64,000 nt of DNA from Gammaproteobacteria bacterium (GCA_011620135.1 WOZS01000014.1:130-64129), one strand, 5' to 3'. Shown: positions 30,765-42,457, counted from the first letter of the stretch. Translations and numbers: made by a program. Notes: a model not told the origin generated them from the letters alone.

Positions 30765-30834
30765 AAATACCCTTTCCCATACAACTGGCCCTTTCCCAAC
30801 AACTGGTCCTTATGAGAATTTCGAGGCGGCACTC

Positions 30835-31572
30835 ATGAACATATCAATGCGTAACCTGCTGGAAGCAGGTGTCCACTTTGGGCATCAGACCCGACTGTGG
30901 CATCCCAAGATGTCCCAATATATTTATGGGTCACGTAATCGGATTCATATCATCAATCTGGAGCATACCTTGCCCGCTCTGCGCCAGGCGGCCAAGTTTG
31001 CCAAGGACGTGGCGTCCACAGGCGGGCAGATCCTCTTTGTGGGCACCAAACGCAACCTGCGCGAGGTGGTGCGTCAGGAAGCCGAACGCTGCGAAATGCC
31101 GTATGTGGTCCAGCGCTGGCTGGGCGGCACGCTGACCAACTTTGCCACCGTGCGCCGCTCCATCAGCCGCTTGCTGGAACTGGAAAGGCTGCTGCAGGAA
31201 AGGACGGAAGGACTCACCAAAAAGGAGCGCCTGACCCTGGATCGGCAGCGCCAGCGTCTCGAGCGCAGTCTCGGCGGCTTTCGCCTCATGGAGACCCTGC
31301 CCGACGCTCTGTTCGTGGTGGATGTCGGGCACGAGCACATCGCCGTCTCGGAGGCCAACCGGATGCGGATTCCGGTGGTAGGCGTGGTGGATACCAACAG
31401 CTCGCCCGAAGGAATCGATCATGTCATTCCCGGTAATGATGATGCCCGGCTGGCCGTGGAGCTCTATTGTCAGGTGATGGCCGATGCCATTCTGGAGGGT
31501 CGCGAGGCGTCGGGCCGCTCTGTTGCCCCTGATGAGCTCCTGGAGGAGGAGATGGTCCGCGGGGGGAGTTGA
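30835..31572 (+). CDS. rpsB: 30S ribosomal protein S2
   Basis: LLEAGVHFGHQT..W.PKM, ILFVGTK, RWLGGTLTN, VDTN, IPGNDDA. Confidence 0.99.
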   Translation: MNISMRNLLEAGVHFGHQTRLWHPKMSQYIYGSRNRIHIINLEHTLPALRQAAKFAKDVASTGGQILFVGTKRNLREVVRQEAERCEMPYVVQRWLGGTLTNFATVRRSISRLLELERLLQERTEGLTKKERLTLDRQRQRLERSLGGFRLMETLPDALFVVDVGHEHIAVSEANRMRIPVVGVVDTNSSPEGIDHVIPGNDDARLAVELYCQVMADAILEGREASGRSVAPDELLEEEMVRGGS

Positions 31573-31651
31573 GGGCCATCAGGAGGGCAGCACCCCTTGC
31601 GAGAGGGATGCTTTTGCCTTGTTCAACCGCTTTTTAGCTATGGAGACTGTC

Positions 31652-32488
31652 ATGGCGATTCAGGCAGGTATGGTGAAGACACTGCGGGAGCGCACCGGTG
31701 CTGGCATGATGGAGTGCAAGAAGGCCCTGGAGGAGACTCAGGGAGATATGGAAGCCGCCGTCTTGTTGATGCGCAAGCGGGGTGTGCTCAAGGCCGAGAA
31801 GCGCGCCGGACATGCTGCCAGGGAGGGCCGTGTTGCCCTGGTCCTGGATGAGCAGGCTGGTGCTGCGGCCATGGTGGAGGTGGATTGCGAGACCGATTTT
31901 GTGGCTCAGTGTGACGATTTTCAGCAGTACACCCAATGGCTGGCGCAGGCCGTCTTGCAGCATCAGCCACGGGATCTGGAGCATTTTCTCGGCCTTGCCA
32001 TCGAGGGCAAAACGCCCGAGGAGGCCCGTCACGACCTGGTGGGCAAGGTGGGCGAGAACGTGGTGGTGCGCCGTGTGGTCTTCATGCAACGCCAGGGCGA
32101 TGTGCTGGGAAGCTATCAGCATGGCCGCCGCATCGGCGTGCTGGTGGATATGCAAGGCGGCGACATGGCCCTGGCCCGGGACGTGGCCATGCACATTGCC
32201 GCCTCCCGGCCCCGGTGGCTGGATGCCGATCAGGTGCCAGCCTCCTTCTTGCAGAGGGAAAAGGATGTCTTCCAGGCCCAGGCGGCCACCAGTGGCAAGC
32301 CCGAGGCCATTGTGGCCAAGATGATCGAGGGCAGATTGCGCAAGGCCGTGGAGGAAGTGACATTGCTTGGTCAGCCTTTCGTGAAGCAACCCGAGCAGAC
32401 TGTGGGCACGTTGCTCAAGTCCCGGGGTGCCAGGGTGCTGGCCTATGCCAGGTTCGAGGTGGCCGAGGAAGAGGAACAGGCGGTCTGA
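31652..32488 (+). CDS. tsf: Elongation factor Ts
   Basis: VK.LRERTGAGMMECKKAL, CETDFVA, AMHIAA, L.QPFVK. Confidence 0.99.
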   Translation: MAIQAGMVKTLRERTGAGMMECKKALEETQGDMEAAVLLMRKRGVLKAEKRAGHAAREGRVALVLDEQAGAAAMVEVDCETDFVAQCDDFQQYTQWLAQAVLQHQPRDLEHFLGLAIEGKTPEEARHDLVGKVGENVVVRRVVFMQRQGDVLGSYQHGRRIGVLVDMQGGDMALARDVAMHIAASRPRWLDADQVPASFLQREKDVFQAQAATSGKPEAIVAKMIEGRLRKAVEEVTLLGQPFVKQPEQTVGTLLKSRGARVLAYARFEVAEEEEQAV

Positions 32489-33840
<1,352 letters not shown>

Positions 33841-33891
33841 GGGGACTCTTGCGTGTGTGCCATACGCTGCATCGAGGAGGCCCTTCCCGGC

Positions 33892-34602
33892 ATGCCTCAG
33901 CATCTGGCTGTGGTCATGGATGGCAATGGCCGCTGGGCAAAGCGTCGCGGTCTGCCACGCTCCGCGGGTCATGAGGCCGGCGTCTCGGCTGCCAAGAGGC
34001 TGGTGGAATACAGCAGGCGTCGTGGCATCAGGTATCTCACCATCTTTGCCTTCAGCAGCGAAAACATGGGCCGTCCTCCCAGTGAGGTGGCCTTTCTGCT
34101 GAACCTGATTCCCAAGGCGCTCAACCAATACTGCGATGAGCTGCTGCGCCATGATATCCGTGTCCATTGCGTGGGAGACCGGTCCATCCTGTCACCCGAG
34201 ACACAGCGGCGGGTGGACGAGGTCCTCCAGGAGACCCGCTCCGGCCAGGCCATGGATCTGGTGGTGGCCTTCGGCTACGGGGGCCGCTGGGACATCGTGG
34301 CCGCGGCCCGCCGGCTGATGGCTGAGGCCAAAAGGGGGCTGTTGGAGCCTGATGCACTGGATGAGGCGCTTTTTACCGCCCGTCTCCAACTGGCCGGTTT
34401 GCCGGATCCCGATCTTCTGGTGCGTACCGGTGGCGAGCGGCGCATCAGCAATTTCCTGTTGTGGCACATCGCCTATGCCGAGCTGTATTTCAGTGATGTG
34501 CTGTGGCCCGATTTCGACGAGGCACGTCTCGACGAGGCATTGCACTGGTACACAAGGCGCACCCGCCGTTTTGGGCTTTTGCCCGATGGTGATCATGCTT
34601 GA
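33892..34602 (+). CDS. uppS: Undecaprenyl diphosphate synthase
   Basis: HLAVVMDGNGRWA, FAFSSEN, YGGR, RTGGE.RISNFLLW..AYAE; GAGGAGG upstream of ATG 33892. Confidence 0.98.
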   Translation: MPQHLAVVMDGNGRWAKRRGLPRSAGHEAGVSAAKRLVEYSRRRGIRYLTIFAFSSENMGRPPSEVAFLLNLIPKALNQYCDELLRHDIRVHCVGDRSILSPETQRRVDEVLQETRSGQAMDLVVAFGYGGRWDIVAAARRLMAEAKRGLLEPDALDEALFTARLQLAGLPDPDLLVRTGGERRISNFLLWHIAYAELYFSDVLWPDFDEARLDEALHWYTRRTRRFGLLPDGDHA

Positions 34603-35377
34603 CTGGCGGCTGATCTCGGCCCTGGTGGCCGGTCCCCTGCTCATGGCTGCCGTAGTCCTGTCGCCCATGGCCTTTGTGGCTCTGCTGGGTCTGCTGGTGA
34701 TCCTGGGTGGTGTGATAGAATGGGTCAAGTTGGCTGGCCTTGGCACAGGTACCAGGGTTGTCCTGTTGGTGGTGGTGGTGTTGGCGTGGGCGTTGATGCT
34801 GGTCGCGTCAATCTTGGACCAGCAGTTCCTCTATCCCCTGTTTGTCCTTGGGGTTTTCTGGTGGTGCATCATGGGCTGGCAGATTGTCACAGGTGGGGCG
34901 CATGTCGTCCCGGTGGTGCCGGGCCTGCTGATGACCCTGTTGCCCTTGCTGGCATTGTGGGTTCTGCTGGCGGTTTGCGACCGTTATTTCCTGTATAGCT
35001 TTTTGCTCATCGTCTTTTTTGCGGATGTGGCGGCCTATGCGGGGGGCAAGGTGTGGGGCCGGAGCAAGCTGGCTCCGGCCATCAGTCCGGGAAAGACGTG
35101 GGAAGGATTCTGCTGTGCATTGACCGGTGGTTTGTCGATGGCCTTGTTGCTGGGATGGGCGCGCGGTTTTCCTGAGCTTGGCCTGCTGGGTCTCGTGGGC
35201 GTGCTGTTCTCCCAGATCGGGGATCTGACCATCAGTCTTCTCAAGCGCCGCGCCCACGCCAAGGACAGCAGCGGCTTCATACCCGGTCATGGTGGTCTGC
35301 TGGATCGCCTGGACAGCCTCGCGGGTGCCGCGCCCTTCGTGGCTGGGGGGCTGGTGCTTTGCGGTGTATTGAGGTGA
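34595..35377 (+). CDS. cdsA: Phosphatidate cytidylyltransferase
   Basis: Multi-TM; AD.AAY..G, ISPGKTWEG, GDL..S..KR....KDS...IPGHGG.LDRLDS. Confidence 0.97.
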   Translation: MLDWRLISALVAGPLLMAAVVLSPMAFVALLGLLVILGGVIEWVKLAGLGTGTRVVLLVVVVLAWALMLVASILDQQFLYPLFVLGVFWWCIMGWQIVTGGAHVVPVVPGLLMTLLPLLALWVLLAVCDRYFLYSFLLIVFFADVAAYAGGKVWGRSKLAPAISPGKTWEGFCCALTGGLSMALLLGWARGFPELGLLGLVGVLFSQIGDLTISLLKRRAHAKDSSGFIPGHGGLLDRLDSLAGAAPFVAGGLVLCGVLR

Positions 35378-36537
35378 ATAGCGGCATCGCGATCCTGGGC
35401 GCCACCGGAACGGTGGGCCGCCAGACGCTGGATGTGGCGGCGCGCCAGAACATTCCCATCGTGGCATTGGGGGCGGGTTCCAATGAGGCAGCCCTGTACA
35501 GACTGTGCCTGAAGCATCACCCTGACTATGCAGCCCTGCATGATGTGGCGGCTGCCCAACGCCTCGAGTCCGCGATCAGACATGCCGGGCTTGCGACCCG
35601 GGTCCTGGCTGGCAGAGAGGGCCTGTGCGCGCTGGCCGCCTTGCCCGAGGCGACCTGTGTCATGGCCGGCATCGTAGGAGCAGCGGGATTGCTGCCTACC
35701 CTGGACGCCATACGGGCCGGCAAGCGCGTGCTGGTGGCCAACAAGGAGGTCCTGGTCATGGCGGGTGGATTGCTCATGGCCGAGGCAAGGACGCATGGTG
35801 CCCAGATCGTCCCCATCGACAGTGAACACAACGCCGTGTTCCAGTGCCTGGCTGCAGGGCGAGCTGGTCTGGAATACATCGCATTGACCGCATCCGGTGG
35901 TGCGGTGCGCGATATTCCCCTGCAACAGCTGCCATACATCACGCCGGAGCAGGCCTGTCGTCATCCCAACTGGACCATGGGCAGGAAAATCTCCGTGGAT
36001 TCGGCCACCATGGTCAACAAGGGCCTGGAGGTCATCGAGGCCTGCGTCCTGTTCGACGTTGCTGCCGACAGGGTCCGGGTGGTGCTGCACCCCGAGAGCA
36101 TCGTCCATGCCCTGGTGGGGTTCGTGGATGGCTCGGTGCTGGCACACATGGCTCACCCCGACATGCGCATTCCCATCGCCCAGGCGCTGGCCTTTCCCGG
36201 CCGCGCGCCCTCAGGGGCCTCTCTCCTGGATGTGCAGCGCATGGGCACCTTGCATTTCGAGGCCATCGATCCTGCGCGCTACCCCGCCCTTGCCCTGTGT
36301 CTCTCGGCCGCTGCACAAGGAGGCTGCGCCCCCCTGGTCCTGTCGGCCGCCAACGAGGTGGCTGTGGAGGCCTTTTTATCGGGACGCCTGCCATTCACCG
36401 GCATCACCGCGGTTCTGGATGCCGTCATGGGTCGTGCGGGGCACCATGGGGAACCTCATGGCGTGGAGGACATGCTGGCTCTGGATGAGTTGGCTCGCGG
36501 CGAGGCGCAGGTAGTGCTGTCTCGTTTTGCCGCATGA
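35374..36537 (+). CDS. dxr: 1-deoxy-D-xylulose 5-phosphate reductoisomerase
   Basis: ILGATGTVG, ANKE, PIDSEH.A, LTASGG, HPNW.MG.KIS.DSATM.NKGLE, PDMRIPI, AANEVAV. Confidence 0.98.
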   Translation: MNSGIAILGATGTVGRQTLDVAARQNIPIVALGAGSNEAALYRLCLKHHPDYAALHDVAAAQRLESAIRHAGLATRVLAGREGLCALAALPEATCVMAGIVGAAGLLPTLDAIRAGKRVLVANKEVLVMAGGLLMAEARTHGAQIVPIDSEHNAVFQCLAAGRAGLEYIALTASGGAVRDIPLQQLPYITPEQACRHPNWTMGRKISVDSATMVNKGLEVIEACVLFDVAADRVRVVLHPESIVHALVGFVDGSVLAHMAHPDMRIPIAQALAFPGRAPSGASLLDVQRMGTLHFEAIDPARYPALALCLSAAAQGGCAPLVLSAANEVAVEAFLSGRLPFTGITAVLDAVMGRAGHHGEPHGVEDMLALDELARGEAQVVLSRFAA

Positions 36538-37913
36538 TCCATGCCCTGCCTGATCTCCTGAGGGCCGTGCTGGGCTTTGCCCTGGCGGTGGGGGTGCTGG
36601 TGACCTTCCATGAGGCCGGCCATTTCGTTATGGCGCGGTGCTGCGGTGTGCATGTCTTGCGTTTCAGCATCGGTTTCGGTCGACCCCTATGGTGCCGTAC
36701 CAGTCGCCGCGGCACCCAGTGGGTGCTGGCCGCCATTCCCCTGGGGGGTTATGTCAAGCTGTTGGATGAACGCGAGGCCCCCGTGCCCGCAGCCCTGGCC
36801 CAGGCGACTTTGAACAAACGCCCCATCTGGCAGCGTTTGCTGATCGTGCTGGCAGGCCCCGTGGCCAACGTGATCCTGGCTGTGGTGTTGTGCTGGCTGA
36901 TGTTCATGGTAGGGACCACGGGGCTCGTTCCCAGGCTCGGTGTCGTGGCCCCCGATACCCCAGCGGCCCGGGCCGGATTGCACCAGGGAGATGAGATCGC
37001 CAAGGTGGGTGGCGTGGTGACGAAGACCTGGGGCCAGGTGGCCATGGCCTTGCTCTGGCAGGCGCTGCGGCGCGGCCAGGTCGATATGACCGTATACCCC
37101 CAGGGATCGCAGGCAGCCGAGCACCCGGTGTCCTTGGTGCTGGAGTCACGCGAAACCGATGATGGTGGACAAAGCCTCTTGTCGAGCCTGGGTCTGCAAG
37201 CAGCGCTACCCCCCATACCACCTGTGGTGGGACAAGTGGCGCAACAAGGCCCGGCTGCAGGTGTCTTGCAAGTCGGGGACCGCATCCTGGCCATCGATGA
37301 CCATCGGGTCAGCACCTGGGATGAATTGGCAGACATGGTGCGGCACAAGGGTTCTGTCTCGGTGGTCATCACCTATGAGCGCCAGGGGTCCATCTATCAT
37401 GACCGTGTTCGGATTGGTCAGCGTGTGGGGGCTGGGCGTGCGCTTGGGTTCCTGGGCATTGCCGCAGCGCCACCCGCCGCTGCGGCCATGAGGCCCTACC
37501 TGATTGTCGATCGCAGGCAGCCAGCCCCTGCCCTGCTGGCTGCCTGGGATTGGACCTTGGTCATGGGGGGGGCCACAGCGGTGCTGCTGGCCAGGACCGT
37601 GGAGGGGCAGGCCAGTACACGTCAGATCGGCGGCCCTGTGACCATCGCCGTCTCCGCCGGTCAATCGCTTTCCGGGGGCATGGGCTCCTTTCTCCAGTTC
37701 ATGGCCTTGTTGAGCCTGAGCCTTGCCTTGCTCAACATCCTGCCCATTCCCATGCTGGATGGCGGTCACGCCTTGTTCTATATCATCGAGGGCATCAAAG
37801 GATCGCCACTTTCGGAGCGCTTCCAGCTCGTCGCCCAGCAGGTGGGCATGCTCGTGCTGCTCACATTGTTGGCCTTGGCTCTCTATAATGACCTTTCGCG
37901 ATTGTTTTTCTGA
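36534..37913 (+). CDS. rseP: RIP metalloprotease RseP
   Basis: HEAGH, FSIGFG, IPLGGYVK, AGP.AN, two PDZ-like domains, NILPIP.LDGGH. Confidence 0.97.
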   Translation: MIHALPDLLRAVLGFALAVGVLVTFHEAGHFVMARCCGVHVLRFSIGFGRPLWCRTSRRGTQWVLAAIPLGGYVKLLDEREAPVPAALAQATLNKRPIWQRLLIVLAGPVANVILAVVLCWLMFMVGTTGLVPRLGVVAPDTPAARAGLHQGDEIAKVGGVVTKTWGQVAMALLWQALRRGQVDMTVYPQGSQAAEHPVSLVLESRETDDGGQSLLSSLGLQAALPPIPPVVGQVAQQGPAAGVLQVGDRILAIDDHRVSTWDELADMVRHKGSVSVVITYERQGSIYHDRVRIGQRVGAGRALGFLGIAAAPPAAAAMRPYLIVDRRQPAPALLAAWDWTLVMGGATAVLLARTVEGQASTRQIGGPVTIAVSAGQSLSGGMGSFLQFMALLSLSLALLNILPIPMLDGGHALFYIIEGIKGSPLSERFQLVAQQVGMLVLLTLLALALYNDLSRLFF

Positions 37914-37973
37914 AAAACAAGCTGGGATGTGCGCTAGAATGGCCGATGTTTGGCAGCAGGTTGTGAGGTATCT

Positions 37974-40355
37974 ATGAAGCGCGAGGTGCTCCAGGCAAGG
38001 CGCCGGGCTGGAAGCATGGCGGCCCCCCTCCTGGGTGCAACCGCCGGGTTGCTGGCCTTGTCCGCGGTTTCTCCTCCCGCCCTGGCCCAGGCGGCCGCGG
38101 GGCAAGACGAAGAGACGGCCTTCGTGGTCCGCCGCATCCGCTTCGAGGGGTTGGCGCGGGTGGAGGAGGGCACGGCGCTCAACTACCTGCCCGTGAGCCC
38201 GGGGGATGTCCTGACGCCGCCGCGCATCGCGGAGTCATTGCGCGCCTTGTATAGCACCGGTTTTTTCTCCGACGTGGCCATTTATCGGGAAGGAGGCACC
38301 ATGCTGGTCCGGGTCAAGGAACGCCCGACCATCGCCCAGTTTTCCATTACCGGTAACAAGGACATCAAAACCAAGGATCTCACCAAGGGACTCAACCAGG
38401 TGGGGCTGGCCGAGGGGCGCTTTTTCAACAGGTCGGTATTGGATCAGGTGGAGCAGGAGCTGCGCCGTCAATATTTTGCCAATGGCAAATATGGCGTGCA
38501 GATCTCCACCAAGGTGGAAGAACTGCCTGACAATCGGGTGCGGATTGCTGTCACCATCCAGGAAGGCGAGGCTGCCAAAATCCGCATGATCAACATCGTG
38601 GGCAACAGCGTCTTCAGCGACGATGAGCTCAGGCGTGCCCTGAGCCTCACCACCACCCGCTGGTATGCCTTCGTGGCGCGCTACCTGGGCATGAAGGATC
38701 GCTATTCCAGACAAGCCCTGGCCGGGGATCTGGAATCGCTGAGCTCCTACTATCAGGATCGGGGCTATATCAGGTTCACCATTCGCTCCACCCAGGTCTC
38801 CTTGTCTCCGGACAAGCGGGATATCTACATCGGCATCGACGTGAACGAAGGGCAGGTCTACAAGGTCTCCACCGTGGATCTGGCCGGTGAGTTGATTCTG
38901 CCGCCAGACCAACTCATGGCGGCAACCCAGATCAAGCCCGGCCAGGTGTTTTCCAGGAAGCAGGTGACCGCCAGTGAGGATGGCATCAAGAACAAGTTGG
39001 GTGACAACGGCTATGCCTTTGCCAACGTGGAGACGGTGCCCAGCATCGATGAGGCCAAGCGAGAGGTGGCCATGACCTTCGTGGTGAGACCCGGTGCCCG
39101 GGCGTATGTGCGCCATGTGCAATTTCAAGGCAACAGCCTGACCCATGATGAGGCCTTGCGCCGAGAGAGCAGGCAGTTGGAGGGCGGCGTCTTCAACACC
39201 ACCCAGGTGCAGCGTACGGTGACCAGGCTGTCGCGATTGCCCTATGTGGAAAATGTCAATGTGGACACCAAGCCCGTGCCCGGTAACCCGGACTTGGTGG
39301 ATGTGGAATTCAAGATTACCGAGCGCAGCGCCGGGTCGTTTCAGGTGGGCGCTGGCTATGCGGGTTCCGAGGGTCTGGTGCTGTCCACGGGCATCTCCCA
39401 TTCCAATGTATTTGGTACCGGCAATGCCATGAACCTGGACCTCAGTGCCAGCAGCTATGCCCAGATCTATAGTCTGTCTCTAACCGAGCCCTACTTCACC
39501 ATCAATGGTGTCAGTCGGACCGTGGGCGCCTTCTACCGCTCCACCGATCGTCTCTTGGATGTCACCTCGTCGTTTTACAGCGACAGCTTCGGCGGTCTGT
39601 TGCGCTTCGGGATCCCATTGAGCGAGTACAACAACATCACCCTGGGCGGACGCGTCAAGGACACCAGGCTGCGCACTGATCCAAAATACAGCCCTGAGCA
39701 AGTGATCAAGTTCGTGGAAGAAAACGGCGAGCATTATCTGACCACTGACCTCAGTGCGGGTTTTGCTCGGGATACCAGGAATCGCTCCCTCTTCCCCGAC
39801 AAGGGATACCTGCACAATGTCACGCTGGATGTGGCGGTTCCCCTGGGGGACATGCAGTACTACAGTGTCGAGTACGACTTCGAACAGTATTTTCCTCTCA
39901 GCGAGGACCTGCTGTTCAGCATCAACAGCGGCGCGCGAGGCATCGATACCTATGGCGATGTCAATGATGTGCCCCCAGACGAAAAGTTCTTTGGCGGCGG
40001 CATTCGCACCGTGCGTGGCTTCAGGGATGGAGAACTTGGCCCCCGCGACCGCTTTGACAATCCCGTGGGCGGCGACCTGCTGACTTATGGCCAATTTGAG
40101 CTGGATTTTCCCACCCTGCTGGAGGGAATCGTCCATTCGCGTAATATGCGCATCGGCGTATTCGTGGATGCTGGGAATGTCTATGATCAATTGAACGATT
40201 TCTCTGGCAGTGGCTTACGGGTCAGCAGTGGCGTGGGCTTCAAATGGCTTGCTCCCATTGTGGGTATGCTTGAGTTTAGTGTAGCGACCCCAATCCGGGA
40301 CAAAAAGGACGATAAGACCCAAATCTTCAACTTTAGCCTCGGGCAGCGTTTCTGA
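37974..40355 (+). CDS. bamA: Outer membrane protein assembly factor BamA
   Basis: Signal peptide, POTRA repeats (LY.TGFF.DV, VKERP.I), VRGF motif, C-terminal Phe. Confidence 0.98.
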   Translation: MKREVLQARRRAGSMAAPLLGATAGLLALSAVSPPALAQAAAGQDEETAFVVRRIRFEGLARVEEGTALNYLPVSPGDVLTPPRIAESLRALYSTGFFSDVAIYREGGTMLVRVKERPTIAQFSITGNKDIKTKDLTKGLNQVGLAEGRFFNRSVLDQVEQELRRQYFANGKYGVQISTKVEELPDNRVRIAVTIQEGEAAKIRMINIVGNSVFSDDELRRALSLTTTRWYAFVARYLGMKDRYSRQALAGDLESLSSYYQDRGYIRFTIRSTQVSLSPDKRDIYIGIDVNEGQVYKVSTVDLAGELILPPDQLMAATQIKPGQVFSRKQVTASEDGIKNKLGDNGYAFANVETVPSIDEAKREVAMTFVVRPGARAYVRHVQFQGNSLTHDEALRRESRQLEGGVFNTTQVQRTVTRLSRLPYVENVNVDTKPVPGNPDLVDVEFKITERSAGSFQVGAGYAGSEGLVLSTGISHSNVFGTGNAMNLDLSASSYAQIYSLSLTEPYFTINGVSRTVGAFYRSTDRLLDVTSSFYSDSFGGLLRFGIPLSEYNNITLGGRVKDTRLRTDPKYSPEQVIKFVEENGEHYLTTDLSAGFARDTRNRSLFPDKGYLHNVTLDVAVPLGDMQYYSVEYDFEQYFPLSEDLLFSINSGARGIDTYGDVNDVPPDEKFFGGGIRTVRGFRDGELGPRDRFDNPVGGDLLTYGQFELDFPTLLEGIVHSRNMRIGVFVDAGNVYDQLNDFSGSGLRVSSGVGFKWLAPIVGMLEFSVATPIRDKKDDKTQIFNFSLGQRF

Positions 40356-40360
40356 GCGAG

Positions 40361-40378
40361 CCCTGCCGGGAGGCAGGG
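40361..40378 (+). other. Intercistronic stem-loop between bamA and skp
   Basis: CCCTGCC-GGGA-GGCAGGG perfect 7-bp stem with GNRA loop; no U tract. Confidence 0.5.
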
Positions 40379-40407
40379 TACCCAGGCATTTCATGGAGGG
40401 TTAGACA

Positions 40408-40938
40408 ATGAGGCTCTATACAGCAAGACGAGCGATGCGGGTTGTGTTGGCTTGTTGCGCCATAATTCTGGCGGGGACCGCGCACCCGGCCTTGGCTGAT
40501 CTTCGGGTTGCCTATGTGGACGTGTCGCGCCTCATGGAGGAATCCGCGCAGGCCAAGGCTGTGCGCCAGGCCATGGAACGGGAATTCGCCCCCCGCCAGA
40601 TGGCCCTGCAAAACGAGCAAAAACAGATCGCGGACCTGGAGACCCGCTACCGTCGCGAGGCCGAGGTCATGAAAGAAGCCGAAAAGAAAAAGCTGCTGGG
40701 TGACATACGCCAGCGCGGACAGCAACTGGAGGTCAAAGGAAGGGCATTTCAGAGTGATGTGCAAAAGCGTACCGGCCTCGAGCTCAAGCGGATCAACGAT
40801 ACCATCAAGACCATCATGGAGTCCATGGCCCGCAGGAAAAAGCTCGACCTCATCCTGGTGGATGGCGTGGCCTATGCCGCCAATGGCATCGATATCACCG
40901 ACGAGGTGCTGGCCGAGCTCAACAAGACCCATCCCTAG
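40408..40938 (+). CDS. skp: Periplasmic chaperone Skp/OmpH
   Basis: Signal peptide, RVAYVD, coiled coil, DLIL...V.YA...DIT.EV; position bamA-skp-lpxD. Confidence 0.95.
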   Translation: MRLYTARRAMRVVLACCAIILAGTAHPALADLRVAYVDVSRLMEESAQAKAVRQAMEREFAPRQMALQNEQKQIADLETRYRREAEVMKEAEKKKLLGDIRQRGQQLEVKGRAFQSDVQKRTGLELKRINDTIKTIMESMARRKKLDLILVDGVAYAANGIDITDEVLAELNKTHP

Positions 40939-40944
40939 AAGGGC

Positions 40945-41988
40945 ATGAGCGCGGCTGCTCCACCCTATCTCCTTGGCGAGTTGGCCCGGCGTTTCGGATG
41001 CACCCTGGCGGGCCCTGCGCAATTGAGCATCGAAGGAGTTGGCGCGCTGCACCCGGGCCAGCCTGGCACCATTGCCTTTCTGGCCAATGGCAGATACCGC
41101 CGTCATCTGCATTCGAGCAGAGCAGCAGCGGTGGTGCTGCGTCCCGAGGACGCGGCAGAGTGCCGGTTGCCGGCCCTGATTCATGACAACCCATATCTGA
41201 TCTATGCCCATATTGCCACATTGTTTGCCCCCCCCGCGCCACGTCCCGAACCTGGCCGGCACGCCACGGCCTCTGTGGCCCGGGACGCCTGGGTGGCGCC
41301 CTCGGTCAGCATTGCCGCTCATGTCACCATCGGCAGTGAGGTGGTGCTGGCAGAGGGTGTGCTGGTGGGTCCAGGGTGCGTGGTGGAGCGTGGCGCCTGT
41401 CTGGGAGAAGGGACGGTGTTGGTGGGTATGTGTCACGTGGGTGCTGGGGTTACCATGGGAAAAAGATGTCATGTTCATCCGGGTGCCGTGATCGGTGCGG
41501 ATGGGTTCGGGTTTGCGAGAGGCCCCCAGGGGTGGCTCAAGATCCCCCAGCTGGGCTCTGTGGTGCTGGGTGATGAGGTTGAGGTGGGCGCCAACACCAC
41601 CATTGATCGGGGTGCCATAGACAACACCGAGCTTGCCGATGGCGTCAAGCTGGACAATCAGGTGCAGATCGGCCATAACGTGCGCATTGGCAAAGATACC
41701 GTGATAGCCGGCTGCACTGGCGTGGCGGGCAGCACGATCATTGGGGCGCGCTGCTTGATTGGCGGGGCGGTGGCCATAGGCGGACACCTGGAAATAGCCG
41801 ATGATGTAACGATCACCGGTATGAGCATGGTGACCCATTCCCTGCGTCATCCGGGTACCTATTCTTCTGGCATAGCCGCAGCCCCCAATCAAGTCTGGCG
41901 GCGCAACGCGGCTGCCTTTGCCCATCTGGATGAATTACGCCGCGAGGTGCGGCGCATGAGGCGTGGGAGGCTCCATGAGCAGGGGTGA
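40945..41988 (+). CDS. lpxD: UDP-3-O-acylglucosamine N-acyltransferase
   Basis: Hexapeptide repeats, IG.DGFGF, KIPQLG.V, GANTTIDRGA, KLDNQVQIGHNV. Confidence 0.98.
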   Translation: MSAAAPPYLLGELARRFGCTLAGPAQLSIEGVGALHPGQPGTIAFLANGRYRRHLHSSRAAAVVLRPEDAAECRLPALIHDNPYLIYAHIATLFAPPAPRPEPGRHATASVARDAWVAPSVSIAAHVTIGSEVVLAEGVLVGPGCVVERGACLGEGTVLVGMCHVGAGVTMGKRCHVHPGAVIGADGFGFARGPQGWLKIPQLGSVVLGDEVEVGANTTIDRGAIDNTELADGVKLDNQVQIGHNVRIGKDTVIAGCTGVAGSTIIGARCLIGGAVAIGGHLEIADDVTITGMSMVTHSLRHPGTYSSGIAAAPNQVWRRNAAAFAHLDELRREVRRMRRGRLHEQG

Positions 41989-42457
41989 GGTCTTGGATAT
42001 TCCGGCAATCATGATGCGCCTGCCGCATCGCTATCCATTCTTGCTGGTGGATCGGGTCACGGAGTGCGTGCCCGGAGACCGTATCTGTGCCGTCAAGAAT
42101 GTGTCGATCAACGAACCTTTCTTTCAGGGCCACTTTCCAGGACGGCCCCTGATGCCCGGCGTGCTGATCGTAGAGGCCATGGCCCAGGCCACGGGGATTC
42201 TGACCTACGAGACCGTCGGGGGTTCGGGTCAGGAGGACATCATTTACTATTTCGTGGGTATCGACAAGGCACGGTTCAAGCGTCCCGTCGAGCCGGGCGA
42301 CCAGCTGATACTGCGGGCCCAGCTCCTGAAAAGTCGCCATCAGGTATGGCGTTTTTCCGCAACGGCCCAGGTGGATGGTGAATTGTGTGCCGAGGCGGAA
42401 CTGATGTGTGCCGCGCGGCCCTATAGCGCCAGGGGGCAGACGAGGCACGGGACATGA
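41975..42457 (+). CDS. fabZ: 3-hydroxyacyl-ACP dehydratase
   Basis: LPHRYPFLLVDR, KNVSINEPFF.GHFP..P.MPGVL..EAMAQ. Confidence 0.99.
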   Translation: MSRGEVLDIPAIMMRLPHRYPFLLVDRVTECVPGDRICAVKNVSINEPFFQGHFPGRPLMPGVLIVEAMAQATGILTYETVGGSGQEDIIYYFVGIDKARFKRPVEPGDQLILRAQLLKSRHQVWRFSATAQVDGELCAEAELMCAARPYSARGQTRHGT

